DNA of 40,807 bases from Eubacteriales bacterium (GCA_045647025.1 JAZRLW010000157.1:1-40807), one strand, 5' to 3'. Positions 23,945-33,109 are shown, counted from the first letter of the stretch. The notes: generated by a model from the sequence alone, not told the origin. Numbers and translations: made by a program.

Positions 23945-25906
23945 ATGAAAAAGATTTCGGCACTTATTTTGGCAATCGTAATGATACTGTCATTTTGCGC
24001 CTGCGACGCCCTGCTTGAAGAGGACTGGGGCGGCGACGGTATAATAGACGGACAGGCAAAAAGCGAATGGGCAGTATATTGGTACCTTTGCGGTAGCGAC
24101 CTTGAAACCAACGGGGGCTTTGCAACAACTGACCTCATTGAAATGATGGAAGTACAGCTTCCCGAAGACGTTAACGTAGTTATTCAGACGGGCGGCGCCG
24201 CAGTATGGCAAAACGATCTTATGGACGCTTCAAAACAACAGCGCTGGCTTTACAATAAAGACGGACTGCAGCTTCTGGAAGAGCAGGAATTGGCTAATAT
24301 GGGCGAGGCCCAGACCCTATATGAATTCCTGTATTTTGCAAATAAAAACTTTCCCGCAGAAAAGGTTGCCGTTACATTCTGGAACCACGGCGGCGGCTCG
24401 GTAAGCGGCGCGGCCTTTGACGAGGTATACGGGCTCGATTCTCTTGACCTTGTAGAGATGTATCAGGCCTTTGATGCCGTATGGCCTGCAAACGCAGACT
24501 CACCTGCTCTTGAACTCGTAGGCTTTGACACCTGCTTAATGGCAACGGTAGACGTTGCTTCAGTATTCAGCAACTTCTCAAAATACCTTGTTGCATCCGA
24601 AGAAGTGGAACCCGGTAACGGCTGGTTCTATTCGGGATGGATGGGAGAACTGGCAAAGGATCCTTCTATGAACGGCGAAAAGCTTGGTATAGCTATCTGC
24701 AACTCCTACTACGAAGGCTGTGAGGCCGTAGGAACCCAGGATCAGACCACTCTTTCTCTTACCGACCTTACGAAGATCAAGCCCTTACTTGATGCTTACG
24801 AAACCTTCGGTCAGGAAGCATTGGTGGCGGCATCCGAAGACCCCGGATTTTTTGCTGTATTCGGAAGAGCCGCAACACAAAGCGAAAACTACGGTGGCAA
24901 TACGAGAGAGCAAGGATATACCAATATGGTGGACCTTGGACATCTTGCCAGACTCACCGCCTGGATGTTGCCTTCTGCCCAAAGCGTTTGTGATGCCCTT
25001 AATGAATGTGTGGTCTACAAGGTCAACGGTCCCTACCGTTCCGAGGCTACGGGCTTAAGCTGTTATTACTCCTATAACGGCGACATATCCGACCTTAACG
25101 GCTACATTAACGTTGGCGCAAGCCTGGCGTTCAAGCACCTCTACGCATACGGAATTACGGGAGAGCTCGCCGAGGGCGGAAATGAATATCTCAACACGCT
25201 CGACATAGACTATTTGCCCGAGCTGGTTACCCTTGCAGATATGGATTGGGACGGAGCACCCCTTGACCTTAACGACGAGGGCTCGACGATCCTTACCCTT
25301 GGTGAGGACGCATGTAATATTCTTGCAGGTATAGGATTTTCATTATATTATGTAGACGAAGAAACGGATACCATGTTGTGGCTGGGAACAGATAACGACA
25401 TTATTGCAGACTGGGATAACGGTATCTTTTACGATAATTTCCGCGGCGTATGGGGTGCAATAGACGGAAATCTTGTATTTATGGAGCTCTCCTTTGAGGG
25501 CGAAGATTATAACCTTTACTCCGTACCCGTTCTTCTTAACGGTGAACTATACAACCTGCAGGTGGTATACGACTTTACTGCCGAGGAATGGTCTGTACTG
25601 GGCGCATCCCAAGGCCTTGACCAGTCAGGTATGGCAAGCAAGGAGCTACGCATCCTCCGGGCAGGTGACGTTATAACAACCATCTGGAAGATGGCCTCCT
25701 ATTCGGGGGACGACGACTTTGAGATGTACACTGTAGCCGATATTCCCGTTACTGAATACACAACTTTCGGCGAAGCTCCCCTCTTCGACGGCAGCTACGC
25801 TATGGTATTTGAAATGTGGGACGCGGCAGGCAATTACGCCTACTCCGACAAAGTAACCTTTGATTGCTACGACGGTGAAATCTGGACCACGGTATACGAA
25901 GATTAA
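23945..25906 (+). CDS. Clostripain-family (peptidase C11) lipoprotein with a ~250-aa C-terminal extension
   Basis: Lipobox ILSFCAC|D. C11 catalytic His context TFWNHGGGS and catalytic Cys context VGFDTCLMA. Confidence 0.85.
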   Translation: MKKISALILAIVMILSFCACDALLEEDWGGDGIIDGQAKSEWAVYWYLCGSDLETNGGFATTDLIEMMEVQLPEDVNVVIQTGGAAVWQNDLMDASKQQRWLYNKDGLQLLEEQELANMGEAQTLYEFLYFANKNFPAEKVAVTFWNHGGGSVSGAAFDEVYGLDSLDLVEMYQAFDAVWPANADSPALELVGFDTCLMATVDVASVFSNFSKYLVASEEVEPGNGWFYSGWMGELAKDPSMNGEKLGIAICNSYYEGCEAVGTQDQTTLSLTDLTKIKPLLDAYETFGQEALVAASEDPGFFAVFGRAATQSENYGGNTREQGYTNMVDLGHLARLTAWMLPSAQSVCDALNECVVYKVNGPYRSEATGLSCYYSYNGDISDLNGYINVGASLAFKHLYAYGITGELAEGGNEYLNTLDIDYLPELVTLADMDWDGAPLDLNDEGSTILTLGEDACNILAGIGFSLYYVDEETDTMLWLGTDNDIIADWDNGIFYDNFRGVWGAIDGNLVFMELSFEGEDYNLYSVPVLLNGELYNLQVVYDFTAEEWSVLGASQGLDQSGMASKELRILRAGDVITTIWKMASYSGDDDFEMYTVADIPVTEYTTFGEAPLFDGSYAMVFEMWDAAGNYAYSDKVTFDCYDGEIWTTVYED

Positions 25907-25918
25907 TATTCTATTTTA

Positions 25919-25960
25919 AGATAGGAAAAAGGAGAGCGAACGCTCTCCTTTTTCCTATCT
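25919..25960. terminator. Bidirectional terminator (20-bp stem)
   Basis: agataggaaaaaggagagcg (25919-25938) pairs with cgctctcctttttcctatct (25941-25960), between convergent genes. Confidence 0.8.
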
Positions 25961-25968
25961 TTCGCATT

Positions 25969-26739
25969 TTAATATCTTACGCTTATCTCGCCCGAAACAA
26001 GGGCCTCTTCTCTACCGTCGGGGTATCTGACCAACAGACGACAATTATCGTCGATACCATAGGCGTACGCCATATCGTCCGGCTCCCCCTGAACGAAGGT
26101 GGGAGTACGGTATATCTTGACTTCCTTGCCGATAACACAGGACAAGGCTCTGTACTCTGTCATATAGCTGCCCTTTTCGTTGCAGTATATGTGAGAAAAC
26201 TCTTTAAGGATAGATTTTACAAGTCTATCTCTTAATTCCCGATCATATCTATCACACAAAGCCCCTGCTATATCCTTTATATCATCTGGGAATCCCTCTT
26301 CTGGAACAAACAGGTTTATCCCTATGCCCAAAACGACATACTCAAGGCCGCTGTAATCGGTATTAAAGGCAGCCTCGGTAAGTATACCGCAAACTTTTTT
26401 ACCATCGAGAATTATATCGTTGACCCACTTTATTTGGGGCTCTCTGCCCGTTATTGCGACTATGGCCCTGCACACTGCAACGGCTGCGGCGGTAGTTATC
26501 ATTAAGCTGCTTTCTGCACCACCCGAAGGACGGAGCAAAAGGCTCATATACAGACCTGTGGAATCGGGAGAATAAAATCTGCGACCTACTCCCCTGCCCC
26601 TACCAGCAGTCTGATGAGAGGCAACTATAACCTTGCCCTCTGAAACGTCTTGTTTACCCATATCCTTCAGAATATCGTTGGTTGAAGTAACAGCATCAAA
26701 ATACTCAACGTCAAAAATAAGCCTTTTTTTTGCAGTCAT
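25969..26739 (-). CDS. birA: Biotin--[acetyl-CoA-carboxylase] ligase, class I (no N-terminal HTH)
   Basis: Motif QTAGRGRGVGRRFYSPDSTGLYMSLLL and KWVNDI. I prefer ATG 26739, after AAAGGTGGTGG, to the listed start at 26826. Confidence 0.85.
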   Translation of the reverse strand: MTAKKRLIFDVEYFDAVTSTNDILKDMGKQDVSEGKVIVASHQTAGRGRGVGRRFYSPDSTGLYMSLLLRPSGGAESSLMITTAAAVAVCRAIVAITGREPQIKWVNDIILDGKKVCGILTEAAFNTDYSGLEYVVLGIGINLFVPEEGFPDDIKDIAGALCDRYDRELRDRLVKSILKEFSHIYCNEKGSYMTEYRALSCVIGKEVKIYRTPTFVQGEPDDMAYAYGIDDNCRLLVRYPDGREEALVSGEISVRY

Positions 26740-26933
26740 AAAATTGCCACCACCTTTCAAATAATCCCGATCGCAGTACATGAATTTTGGCATAAAGAGC
26801 GACTGTATCTTTGCGATGCAAAACATCTTTCACGCTATTATACAATATTTTTCAATTCTTATCAAGAGGGTTGAGAATATTTTCCTCAAAAGAAGTGTAA
26901 AATATCAATAAACAAAGAAAGGACTGATACTAT

Positions 26934-27470
26934 ATGGAACTTAAAGGCTCAAAGACAGAACAGAATCTCCGCGCCGCATTCTCGGGAGAAAGTGAAGCTA
27001 GAAACAAATACACCTATTTCGCGGGAATTGCAAAGCAGGAAGGCTATGAACAGATAGCCGCCATATTTGAAGAAACCGCATCAAACGAAAAGGAACACGC
27101 TGAACAGTGGTTTAAGGAACTGCAGGGTATCGGCACAACCCCCGAAAACCTGAAAAACGCCGCTGCCGGCGAAAACTACGAGTGGACCGAAATGTACGCA
27201 ACCTTTGCAAAAGAGGCAGAAGAGGAAGGATTTTTCTCAATCGCTGCAAAATTCAGAAAAGTTGCGGAAATCGAGAAGGCTCACGAAGAAAGATTCAAGA
27301 TTCTTCTCAACAACGTCCAGATGCAGCAGGTGTTCAAAAAGAGCGGCGAGGTTCTTTGGATATGCAGAAACTGCGGACACCTTGTAATGGGCACAGAGGC
27401 ACCTATGATGTGTCCCGTATGTGCGCATCCCCAAGCGTATTTTGAAATAAAAGCCGAAAACTATAAATAA
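26934..27470 (+). CDS. rbr: Rubrerythrin (classical order: N-terminal diiron domain, C-terminal rubredoxin-like domain)
   Basis: [13 protein letters not shown] and EKAHEERF diiron motifs, with C-terminal CRNCGH...CPVCAHP. Confidence 0.92.
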   Translation: MELKGSKTEQNLRAAFSGESEARNKYTYFAGIAKQEGYEQIAAIFEETASNEKEHAEQWFKELQGIGTTPENLKNAAAGENYEWTEMYATFAKEAEEEGFFSIAAKFRKVAEIEKAHEERFKILLNNVQMQQVFKKSGEVLWICRNCGHLVMGTEAPMMCPVCAHPQAYFEIKAENYK

Positions 27471-27473
27471 AAG

Positions 27474-27506
27474 AAAAATGAGGGGCAAATCCCTCATTTT
27501 TCTTTT
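27474..27506 (+). terminator. Rho-independent terminator after rbr
   Basis: Stem atgaggg (27478-27484) pairs with ccctcat (27491-27497), followed by tttttctttt. Confidence 0.85.
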
Positions 27507-27526
27507 ATACATATTTGTAAACTGTA

Positions 27527-27556
27527 TTGACATATCCCCCCTCCTACATGTATAAT
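27527..27556 (+). promoter_or_regulatory. Promoter of the MarR-ABC operon
   Basis: TTGACA (27527-27532), 18-nt spacer, TATAAT (27551-27556) immediately preceded by TG. Confidence 0.6.
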
Positions 27557-27569
27557 TATACGGTAATAA

Positions 27570-27589
27570 TTAACTGGTTAACGATTAAC
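27570..27589 (+). promoter_or_regulatory. TTAAC-repeat element, candidate MarR operator
   Basis: TTAACtgGTTAACgaTTAAC contains an inverted repeat (TTAAC/GTTAA) and a GTTAAC palindrome. It begins 13 nt downstream of the -10. Confidence 0.4.
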
Positions 27590-27616
27590 CTGTAAACTAT
27601 CAGAAAGGAGCAATAT

Positions 27617-28117
27617 ATGGAGGAAGAAAAAGCCGTCGGCTTTAAAGAATCCGAAAACCCATCTCCCGAAAAAAGATGCGTGGGCGCACTTATCACAACG
27701 AACCGAGCTCACAAGTCTATGGTGGAAAAATACGTAGACCAAACAGGTATGCATCGAAGTCAGCATCATCTTTTGATGATTATAGCCCGAAGTCCCAAGG
27801 TTCCTTCCCAAAAAGAACTCGCGGAAAAGCTAAAAATCAGCCCTGCCGCAGTGGCGGTTACTCTGAAAAAGCTTGAAAAACTGGGATACATTGAACGGTG
27901 CGCCGCCGAAACAGACAACCGCTATAACGAAATAAGGATATCCCCCAAGGGCAAAGTCCTCCTTGAAGATACCCGCAACATGTTTGAAAAGCTGGACAAA
28001 GCGGTATTCGACGGATTTTCCCCCGAGGATTTTGACAGATTTTTAGACTACATGAACAGAATACAGCAAAATATACTCCTCTGCGATACTGCCGCAGAAG
28101 AGCAGAAGAAAGGATGA
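27617..28117 (+). CDS. MarR-family transcriptional regulator
   Basis: Winged-HTH region (SQKELAEKLKISPAAVAVTLKKLEKLGYIER....D.R). ATGA overlap with the downstream ABC gene. Confidence 0.9.
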   Translation: MEEEKAVGFKESENPSPEKRCVGALITTNRAHKSMVEKYVDQTGMHRSQHHLLMIIARSPKVPSQKELAEKLKISPAAVAVTLKKLEKLGYIERCAAETDNRYNEIRISPKGKVLLEDTRNMFEKLDKAVFDGFSPEDFDRFLDYMNRIQQNILLCDTAAEEQKKG

Positions 28118-29982
28118 CTGTTTTGAGCAGACTCAAAAAAGCAGAAAACAAAAGCAGAGTTCGCTGGTTCAAATACGTAAAACCCTATCTTCCCTACTTC
28201 ATAATAGGCCCCCTTTGTATGATAGTAGAGGTTATTGGCGAGGTATTGATGCCCGCGTTTCTCTCCGCAATCGTTGATAACGTTACTCCCATTACCGATG
28301 TGTCTCAATCTGCAGAGCAAAGCGGTATTTCAAAGATAGTAACCGATATAATTGAAAAATTCAGCCAAAACGTACAACCTAATGACACCAGCTACATACT
28401 TATCATTATGGTATTTATGATAATCACCGCGCTCCTTATGATGTTGGGCGGTGTGGGCGGATCCTACTACGGAGCAAAGGCCTCGGTAAACTTTGCCGCA
28501 GACCTGCGTAAGGATATGTACGCAAAGGTACAGAGCTACTCATTTAACAACGTTGACAAGTTCTCCACCGGCTCCCTCGTCACCCGAATGACAAACGACA
28601 TTACCCAGATGCAGAACTTCGTTAATATGCTGTTAAGAATGTGCCTCCGTTCCCCCGGCATGCTCATAGGCGCCCTTATTATGGCAGTATCCCTTAATAA
28701 GCAGCTTGCCGTAGTATTGGCAGTAACCATACCCATACTCCTTATAACCCAGGCAATAGTTATATCAAAGGGCTTCCCCCGCTTTTCCAGAATGCAGGAA
28801 AAGATTGACGGCCTTAACTCAAACGTTCAGGAAAGCCTTACAAACGTAAGAGTTATAAAGTCCTTTGTACGTGAAGACCACGAAAAGAAGAGATTCAGAA
28901 AGTCCAATAAGGGACTTAAAGATGCGGGAATCTCCGCTATGAACATTATGATAATAATGTCACCCCTTATGTCCCTTATTATGAACGCCACTACCATTGC
29001 AGTAGTTTATCTTGGCAGTAAATACGTTACCATCGGAAATATGACCGTAGGTAATCTTGCCGCATTCATTACCTATATAAACCAGATACTCTTCTCCCTT
29101 ATGATGGTTACATTCCTCTTTATGATGTCCTCCAGAGCCCTGGCCTCTGCAAAGCGTATAAAGGAGGTTCTTGAAGAAAACCTTGATATAAGTGACGAAA
29201 ACGCTACATGCAAGGATAAGACGGTAGAAAACGGCGATATCGAATTCAGAAACGTTTCCTTCAGATACTACAAAACCAGTCAAGATAAAGTACTTGACAC
29301 AATCAATCTTAAGATAAAGGGCGGAGAAACGGTAGGTATAATCGGTTCTACGGGTTGCGGCAAAACCACTCTCGTATCCCTTATTCCCCGTCTTTACGAC
29401 ACCGACGAAGGCGAAGTCCTGGTAGACGGAACTAACGTAAAAGAATATTCTCTTAAAAACCTCCGCGAAGGTATCGGTATGGTACTTCAGAAAAACGTTC
29501 TTTTCTCGGGTACTATAGAAGAAAACCTCCGTTGGGGCGACCAGGATGCAGATATGGATGCCCTTAGAAAAGCGGCTGACCACGCCCAGGCAGACGGTTT
29601 TGTCACTTCCTTTACCGAAGGCTACCAGACCGAGCTCGGTCAGGGCGGCGTAAACGTTTCGGGCGGTCAGAAGCAACGACTCTGTATTGCCAGAGCGCTG
29701 CTTAAGAAACCCAAGATAATCATTCTCGACGACTCTACCAGTGCAGTCGACACGGCCACCGAAAAGAAAATCAGAGAGGCCTTTGCCACCGAGCTTTCAG
29801 GAACCACAAAGATAATTATCGCCCAGAGAATATCCTCCGTTATGGAAGCGGATAAGATAATCGTTATAAATGACGGTGTAATAACGGGCATGGGCACTCA
29901 CGACGAACTGCTCATAACCAATACCGAATATCAGGAAATCTACAATTCACAGATGGACAGCAAAAAGGAGGGTGAGAAATAA
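28114..29982 (+). CDS. Heterodimeric ABC exporter subunit with a degenerate catalytic site
   Basis: Walker A GSTGCGKTT and signature VSGGQKQR. Walker B IIILDDSTSAVD has Asp in place of the catalytic Glu, as in LmrC/BmrC/TM287-type subunits. Confidence 0.9.
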   Translation: MTVLSRLKKAENKSRVRWFKYVKPYLPYFIIGPLCMIVEVIGEVLMPAFLSAIVDNVTPITDVSQSAEQSGISKIVTDIIEKFSQNVQPNDTSYILIIMVFMIITALLMMLGGVGGSYYGAKASVNFAADLRKDMYAKVQSYSFNNVDKFSTGSLVTRMTNDITQMQNFVNMLLRMCLRSPGMLIGALIMAVSLNKQLAVVLAVTIPILLITQAIVISKGFPRFSRMQEKIDGLNSNVQESLTNVRVIKSFVREDHEKKRFRKSNKGLKDAGISAMNIMIIMSPLMSLIMNATTIAVVYLGSKYVTIGNMTVGNLAAFITYINQILFSLMMVTFLFMMSSRALASAKRIKEVLEENLDISDENATCKDKTVENGDIEFRNVSFRYYKTSQDKVLDTINLKIKGGETVGIIGSTGCGKTTLVSLIPRLYDTDEGEVLVDGTNVKEYSLKNLREGIGMVLQKNVLFSGTIEENLRWGDQDADMDALRKAADHAQADGFVTSFTEGYQTELGQGGVNVSGGQKQRLCIARALLKKPKIIILDDSTSAVDTATEKKIREAFATELSGTTKIIIAQRISSVMEADKIIVINDGVITGMGTHDELLITNTEYQEIYNSQMDSKKEGEK

Positions 29983-31967
29983 TGGCAAGAACTCTTGAAG
30001 AGCTTCAAAAGCAATACAGCAGTAAATCTCACGCTCCTCAGAAGGGTCCTATGGGAGGCGGCCCAAGAGGTGGTGGCCCAAGAGGCATGGGCGGTAAGCC
30101 CAAAAACGCAAAAGGCACAGTGCTTCGCCTTATGGCATACCTCAAGCCTTACAGACTGCACCTGGTAAGCGTTATCTTTTTTATGATAATAAATACCCTT
30201 ACCTCCCTCCTTGGCTCTTATATGCTCCGTCCTATAATAAACCACGTTGCGGGAGAAGCAGATGCAAAGGTTGACTTTGCAGATAAGATCATAACCGCAT
30301 TCTGCGACACCTTTACCCCCTTTGCAAATATGGTAACGGGAAGCGAAAGAGCCAGCGAAATAATGATTTATCTGGTGACGGGCCTGTGTATACTTGTTTT
30401 AATATACTTGATAGGTATAGCGACCTCCTTCTGTCAGAGCAAGATAATGGTACACGTTTCCAGAGGTGCCATTGAAAAAATCAGAAACGACCTCTTTGAC
30501 AAAATAGAGGGTCTTCCCGTAAAATTCTACGATACCCACAGCACGGGCGAGCTTATGAGTCGCTTTACAAACGACGTTGACAATATCGGCATGATGATAG
30601 ACAACTCGGTAATAAGCTTCGTATCGGGAACCATAACCCTTATCGGAACCTTTACAATGATGATATATACCAACGTAATCCTCACTCTCATTACTGTAGT
30701 ATTTATCCCCATATTTGCCTTTGGCGGTATGCTCATAGCAAAGAAGAGCCGTAAATACTACGTTGGTCAGCAGGCCGCTCTCGGCTCCGCGAACGGATAT
30801 ATAGAAGAAACGGTTACCGGTCAAAAAGTAGTAAAGGTATTTAACCACGAGGACGTATGCAAGAGCGAGTTTGACCTTCTTAACGAAGACCTTAGAAACA
30901 AACAGTTTAAGGCACAGTTCTACGGCGGTATTATGGGGCCCGTTATGGGTAATACAGGTCAGGTAAGCTACTCCGTTACCGCAGGTGTTGGCGGCGTGCT
31001 TTGCGCCCTTACAGCTACGGGAGTAATAACCGCAGGTAGCCTTATATCCCTCTCCGTAGGTGATATTACGGTATTTGTAAACTACGCACGCCAGTTCTCA
31101 ATGCCCATAAACAACCTCTCTCAACAGATGACCACCATTTTTTCCGCACTTGCGGGCGCAGAGAGAGTATTCGCAATCATGGATGCTGAGCCCGAGCTTG
31201 CAGATAAGCCAGATGCAAAGGATATGACCGATATAAAGGGCGAAGTCGTACTTGACAACGTAACCTTCGGATACAACCCTGATAAAACCGTACTTAAAAA
31301 CATATCTCTCTACGCAAAGCCCGGCCAGAAGATAGCCTTTGTAGGCTCTACTGGTGCTGGTAAAACCACCATAACCAATCTGCTTAACAGATTCTACGAT
31401 ATACAGTCAGGCTCCATAACCATTGACGGTGTAGATATCAGAGATTACAAGCGTGAAGATCTCCGCAAAAATATAGCCATGGTTCTTCAGGACACACATC
31501 TCTTTACCGGCACTGTAATGGAAAACATCCGTTACGGACGTCTTGACGCCACCGACGAAGAAGTTATCGCAGCTGCAAAGACAGCCAGCGCAGACAGCTT
31601 TATCAGACGTCTTTCCGACGGCTATAATACCATGATAGAGGGCGACGGTGCAAATCTTTCCCAGGGTCAGCGCCAGCTTCTCAATATAGCCCGCGCGGCA
31701 ATCTCAAAGGCTCCCATATTGGTTCTTGACGAAGCTACAAGTTCCGTTGACACCAGAACAGAGCGCCATATCGAACACGGTATGGACAGACTGATGAAGA
31801 ACAGAACCACATTCGTTATTGCCCACAGACTTTCTACGGTACGCAATTCAAATGCAATAATGGTGCTTGAAAACGGTGAGATAATAGAACGCGGCAGTCA
31901 CGAGGACCTTCTTGAAATGAAGGGCAGATACTACGACCTTTATACAGGTGTAGTTGAACTTGACTAA
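29982..31967 (+). CDS. Heterodimeric ABC exporter subunit with a consensus catalytic site
   Basis: Gly/Pro-rich N-terminal tail. Walker A GSTGAGKTT, Walker B LVLDEATSSVD with canonical Glu, and a degenerate signature LSQGQRQ. This complements the partner's degenerate site. Confidence 0.9.
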   Translation: MARTLEELQKQYSSKSHAPQKGPMGGGPRGGGPRGMGGKPKNAKGTVLRLMAYLKPYRLHLVSVIFFMIINTLTSLLGSYMLRPIINHVAGEADAKVDFADKIITAFCDTFTPFANMVTGSERASEIMIYLVTGLCILVLIYLIGIATSFCQSKIMVHVSRGAIEKIRNDLFDKIEGLPVKFYDTHSTGELMSRFTNDVDNIGMMIDNSVISFVSGTITLIGTFTMMIYTNVILTLITVVFIPIFAFGGMLIAKKSRKYYVGQQAALGSANGYIEETVTGQKVVKVFNHEDVCKSEFDLLNEDLRNKQFKAQFYGGIMGPVMGNTGQVSYSVTAGVGGVLCALTATGVITAGSLISLSVGDITVFVNYARQFSMPINNLSQQMTTIFSALAGAERVFAIMDAEPELADKPDAKDMTDIKGEVVLDNVTFGYNPDKTVLKNISLYAKPGQKIAFVGSTGAGKTTITNLLNRFYDIQSGSITIDGVDIRDYKREDLRKNIAMVLQDTHLFTGTVMENIRYGRLDATDEEVIAAAKTASADSFIRRLSDGYNTMIEGDGANLSQGQRQLLNIARAAISKAPILVLDEATSSVDTRTERHIEHGMDRLMKNRTTFVIAHRLSTVRNSNAIMVLENGEIIERGSHEDLLEMKGRYYDLYTGVVELD

Positions 31968-31980
31968 ATAGTATAAAATC

Positions 31981-32017
31981 AAAAGGCGGATGCAAATTGC
32001 ATCCGCCTTTGTTTTAT
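31981..32017. terminator. Bidirectional terminator
   Basis: aaaaggcggatgcaa-a-ttgcatccgcctttgtttt, a palindromic stem between convergent genes. Confidence 0.8.
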
Positions 32018-32032
32018 TTACGTTCTGTATTA

Positions 32033-33109
32033 TCAGTCAATAACTACGCTGTTGTCTTCAACAAAGTCAAGAACCTTTTCCTGTACCATATAGAAACGGA
32101 GATAATCCTCGCCATAGTAGGAAACGAACTCCTCGGTGGAATTAAACTTGTTCTCTTCTGCAAGAGTAGCAAGTCTTTCTTCGTAGTACTCATCGGTAAT
32201 GGAAATATTCTCCTTCTGAGCAATACCGCCGATAATGAGATTCTGAACAACGGTTTCATAGGCATACTCTTTTGCGGTGTCATAAAATTCCTGCTCAGTA
32301 ATGCCATAAAACATACGCATAAAATCAGCAAGACTCATCCCGTACTGCGTTGCGTAAGAAGTATACGCAGCTACAAATTCATTATAGTTTGCGTCGTATT
32401 CACTTGCGGGATAATCCTTAACTTCAGTTGCCTCGGATACCATGTCCATCAGATAGCTCTGCTTATATGTTTCTCTCTCGGTTGCCAACTGCTGGTTAAG
32501 GGTATCTCTTATATAGTTAGAATAATCAACGGTGTTGGTATATTCGCCTTTGGATATGGTGGTAACAAATTCATCGTTATACTCGGGATACTCGGACTCT
32601 TCAATGTAATTAAGAGTAACCTTGAAAAGAACGGGTTTACCTGCAAGATCGGGATTGTTATTGTACACCTCGGGGAAGGAAAGGTTAAGGTCCACCGTTT
32701 GGCCGGGCATAACGCCTACAAGACCTGCCTCAAAGCCGTCAATAAAGGAATTGGAGCCAAGCACAAGGCTATAGCCCTCTGCAGTGCCACCATCAAACTG
32801 AACGCCGTCAAGAAATCCCGCAAAGTCAATATTTACACTGTCGCCGTTCTGAGCTGCTCTGTCGGTAATCTCTGTAACGATCATATTTTCGTAAAGAAGA
32901 TCTGTAATGGCGTCATCGATATCCTTTTCCGTACATTCGGGGGTCATATCTATCTCCAGCCCCTTATATTCACCCAACACTATATAGTCGGAAATGTTAG
33001 CGGTAAGATAATCAAAGGAATCGTTTTTAACGTCTTCCTTGCCCTTACAGGCGGTAAGGCAGGAAATAAAAAGAATACCCGCCAAAATAATAGCTAAAAC
33101 TTTTTTCAT
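32033..33109 (-). CDS. Lipoprotein with a trigger-factor-type FKBP PPIase domain and trigger-factor-like C-terminal domain
   Basis: Lipobox FISCLTAC|KG. The PPIase block GDSVNIDFAGFLDGVQFDGGTAEGYSLVLGSNSFIDGFEAGLVG..PGQ....LSFPE.Y.....LAGKPVLFKVTLNYI matches the trigger factor PPIase pattern. ATG 33109 follows GAGG. Confidence 0.75.
   Translation of the reverse strand: MKKVLAIILAGILFISCLTACKGKEDVKNDSFDYLTANISDYIVLGEYKGLEIDMTPECTEKDIDDAITDLLYENMIVTEITDRAAQNGDSVNIDFAGFLDGVQFDGGTAEGYSLVLGSNSFIDGFEAGLVGVMPGQTVDLNLSFPEVYNNNPDLAGKPVLFKVTLNYIEESEYPEYNDEFVTTISKGEYTNTVDYSNYIRDTLNQQLATERETYKQSYLMDMVSEATEVKDYPASEYDANYNEFVAAYTSYATQYGMSLADFMRMFYGITEQEFYDTAKEYAYETVVQNLIIGGIAQKENISITDEYYEERLATLAEENKFNSTEEFVSYYGEDYLRFYMVQEKVLDFVEDNSVVID

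Noticed and set aside
13219-25968. agrB/agrD-like genes, double-glycine or lanthipeptide precursors, or a C39 peptidase domain in the LytTR modules
   Set aside because: I read every intergenic gap (14811-14901, 19179-19245, 21265-21436, 22172-22314, 22519-22633, 23393-23530). None holds a short ORF with an RBS. Both ABC N-termini go straight into TM helices. Peptide genes could still lie outside the window.
26740-26826. N-terminal 29-aa extension of the biotin ligase ORF
   Set aside because: The internal ATG 26739 has a strong RBS (AAAGGTGGTGG). The extension (MFCIAKIQSLFMPKF..) does not resemble a BirA HTH domain.
28960-29676. 238-aa minus-strand ORF, with similar antisense ORFs at 30399..30848, 17295..17720, 18702..19169 and 35264..35818
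   Set aside because: All lie antisense to ABC or CNNM genes that carry Walker, signature or CBS motifs. None has motifs or an RBS of its own.
31997-33097. 366-aa ORF on the plus strand
   Set aside because: It is antisense to the lipoprotein PPIase gene, which has a lipobox, an RBS and a clear trigger-factor PPIase block. The plus-strand translation is a hydrophobic, Ile/Leu/Val/Gly/Lys-rich low-complexity sequence, and its start lies inside the 31981-32017 terminator.
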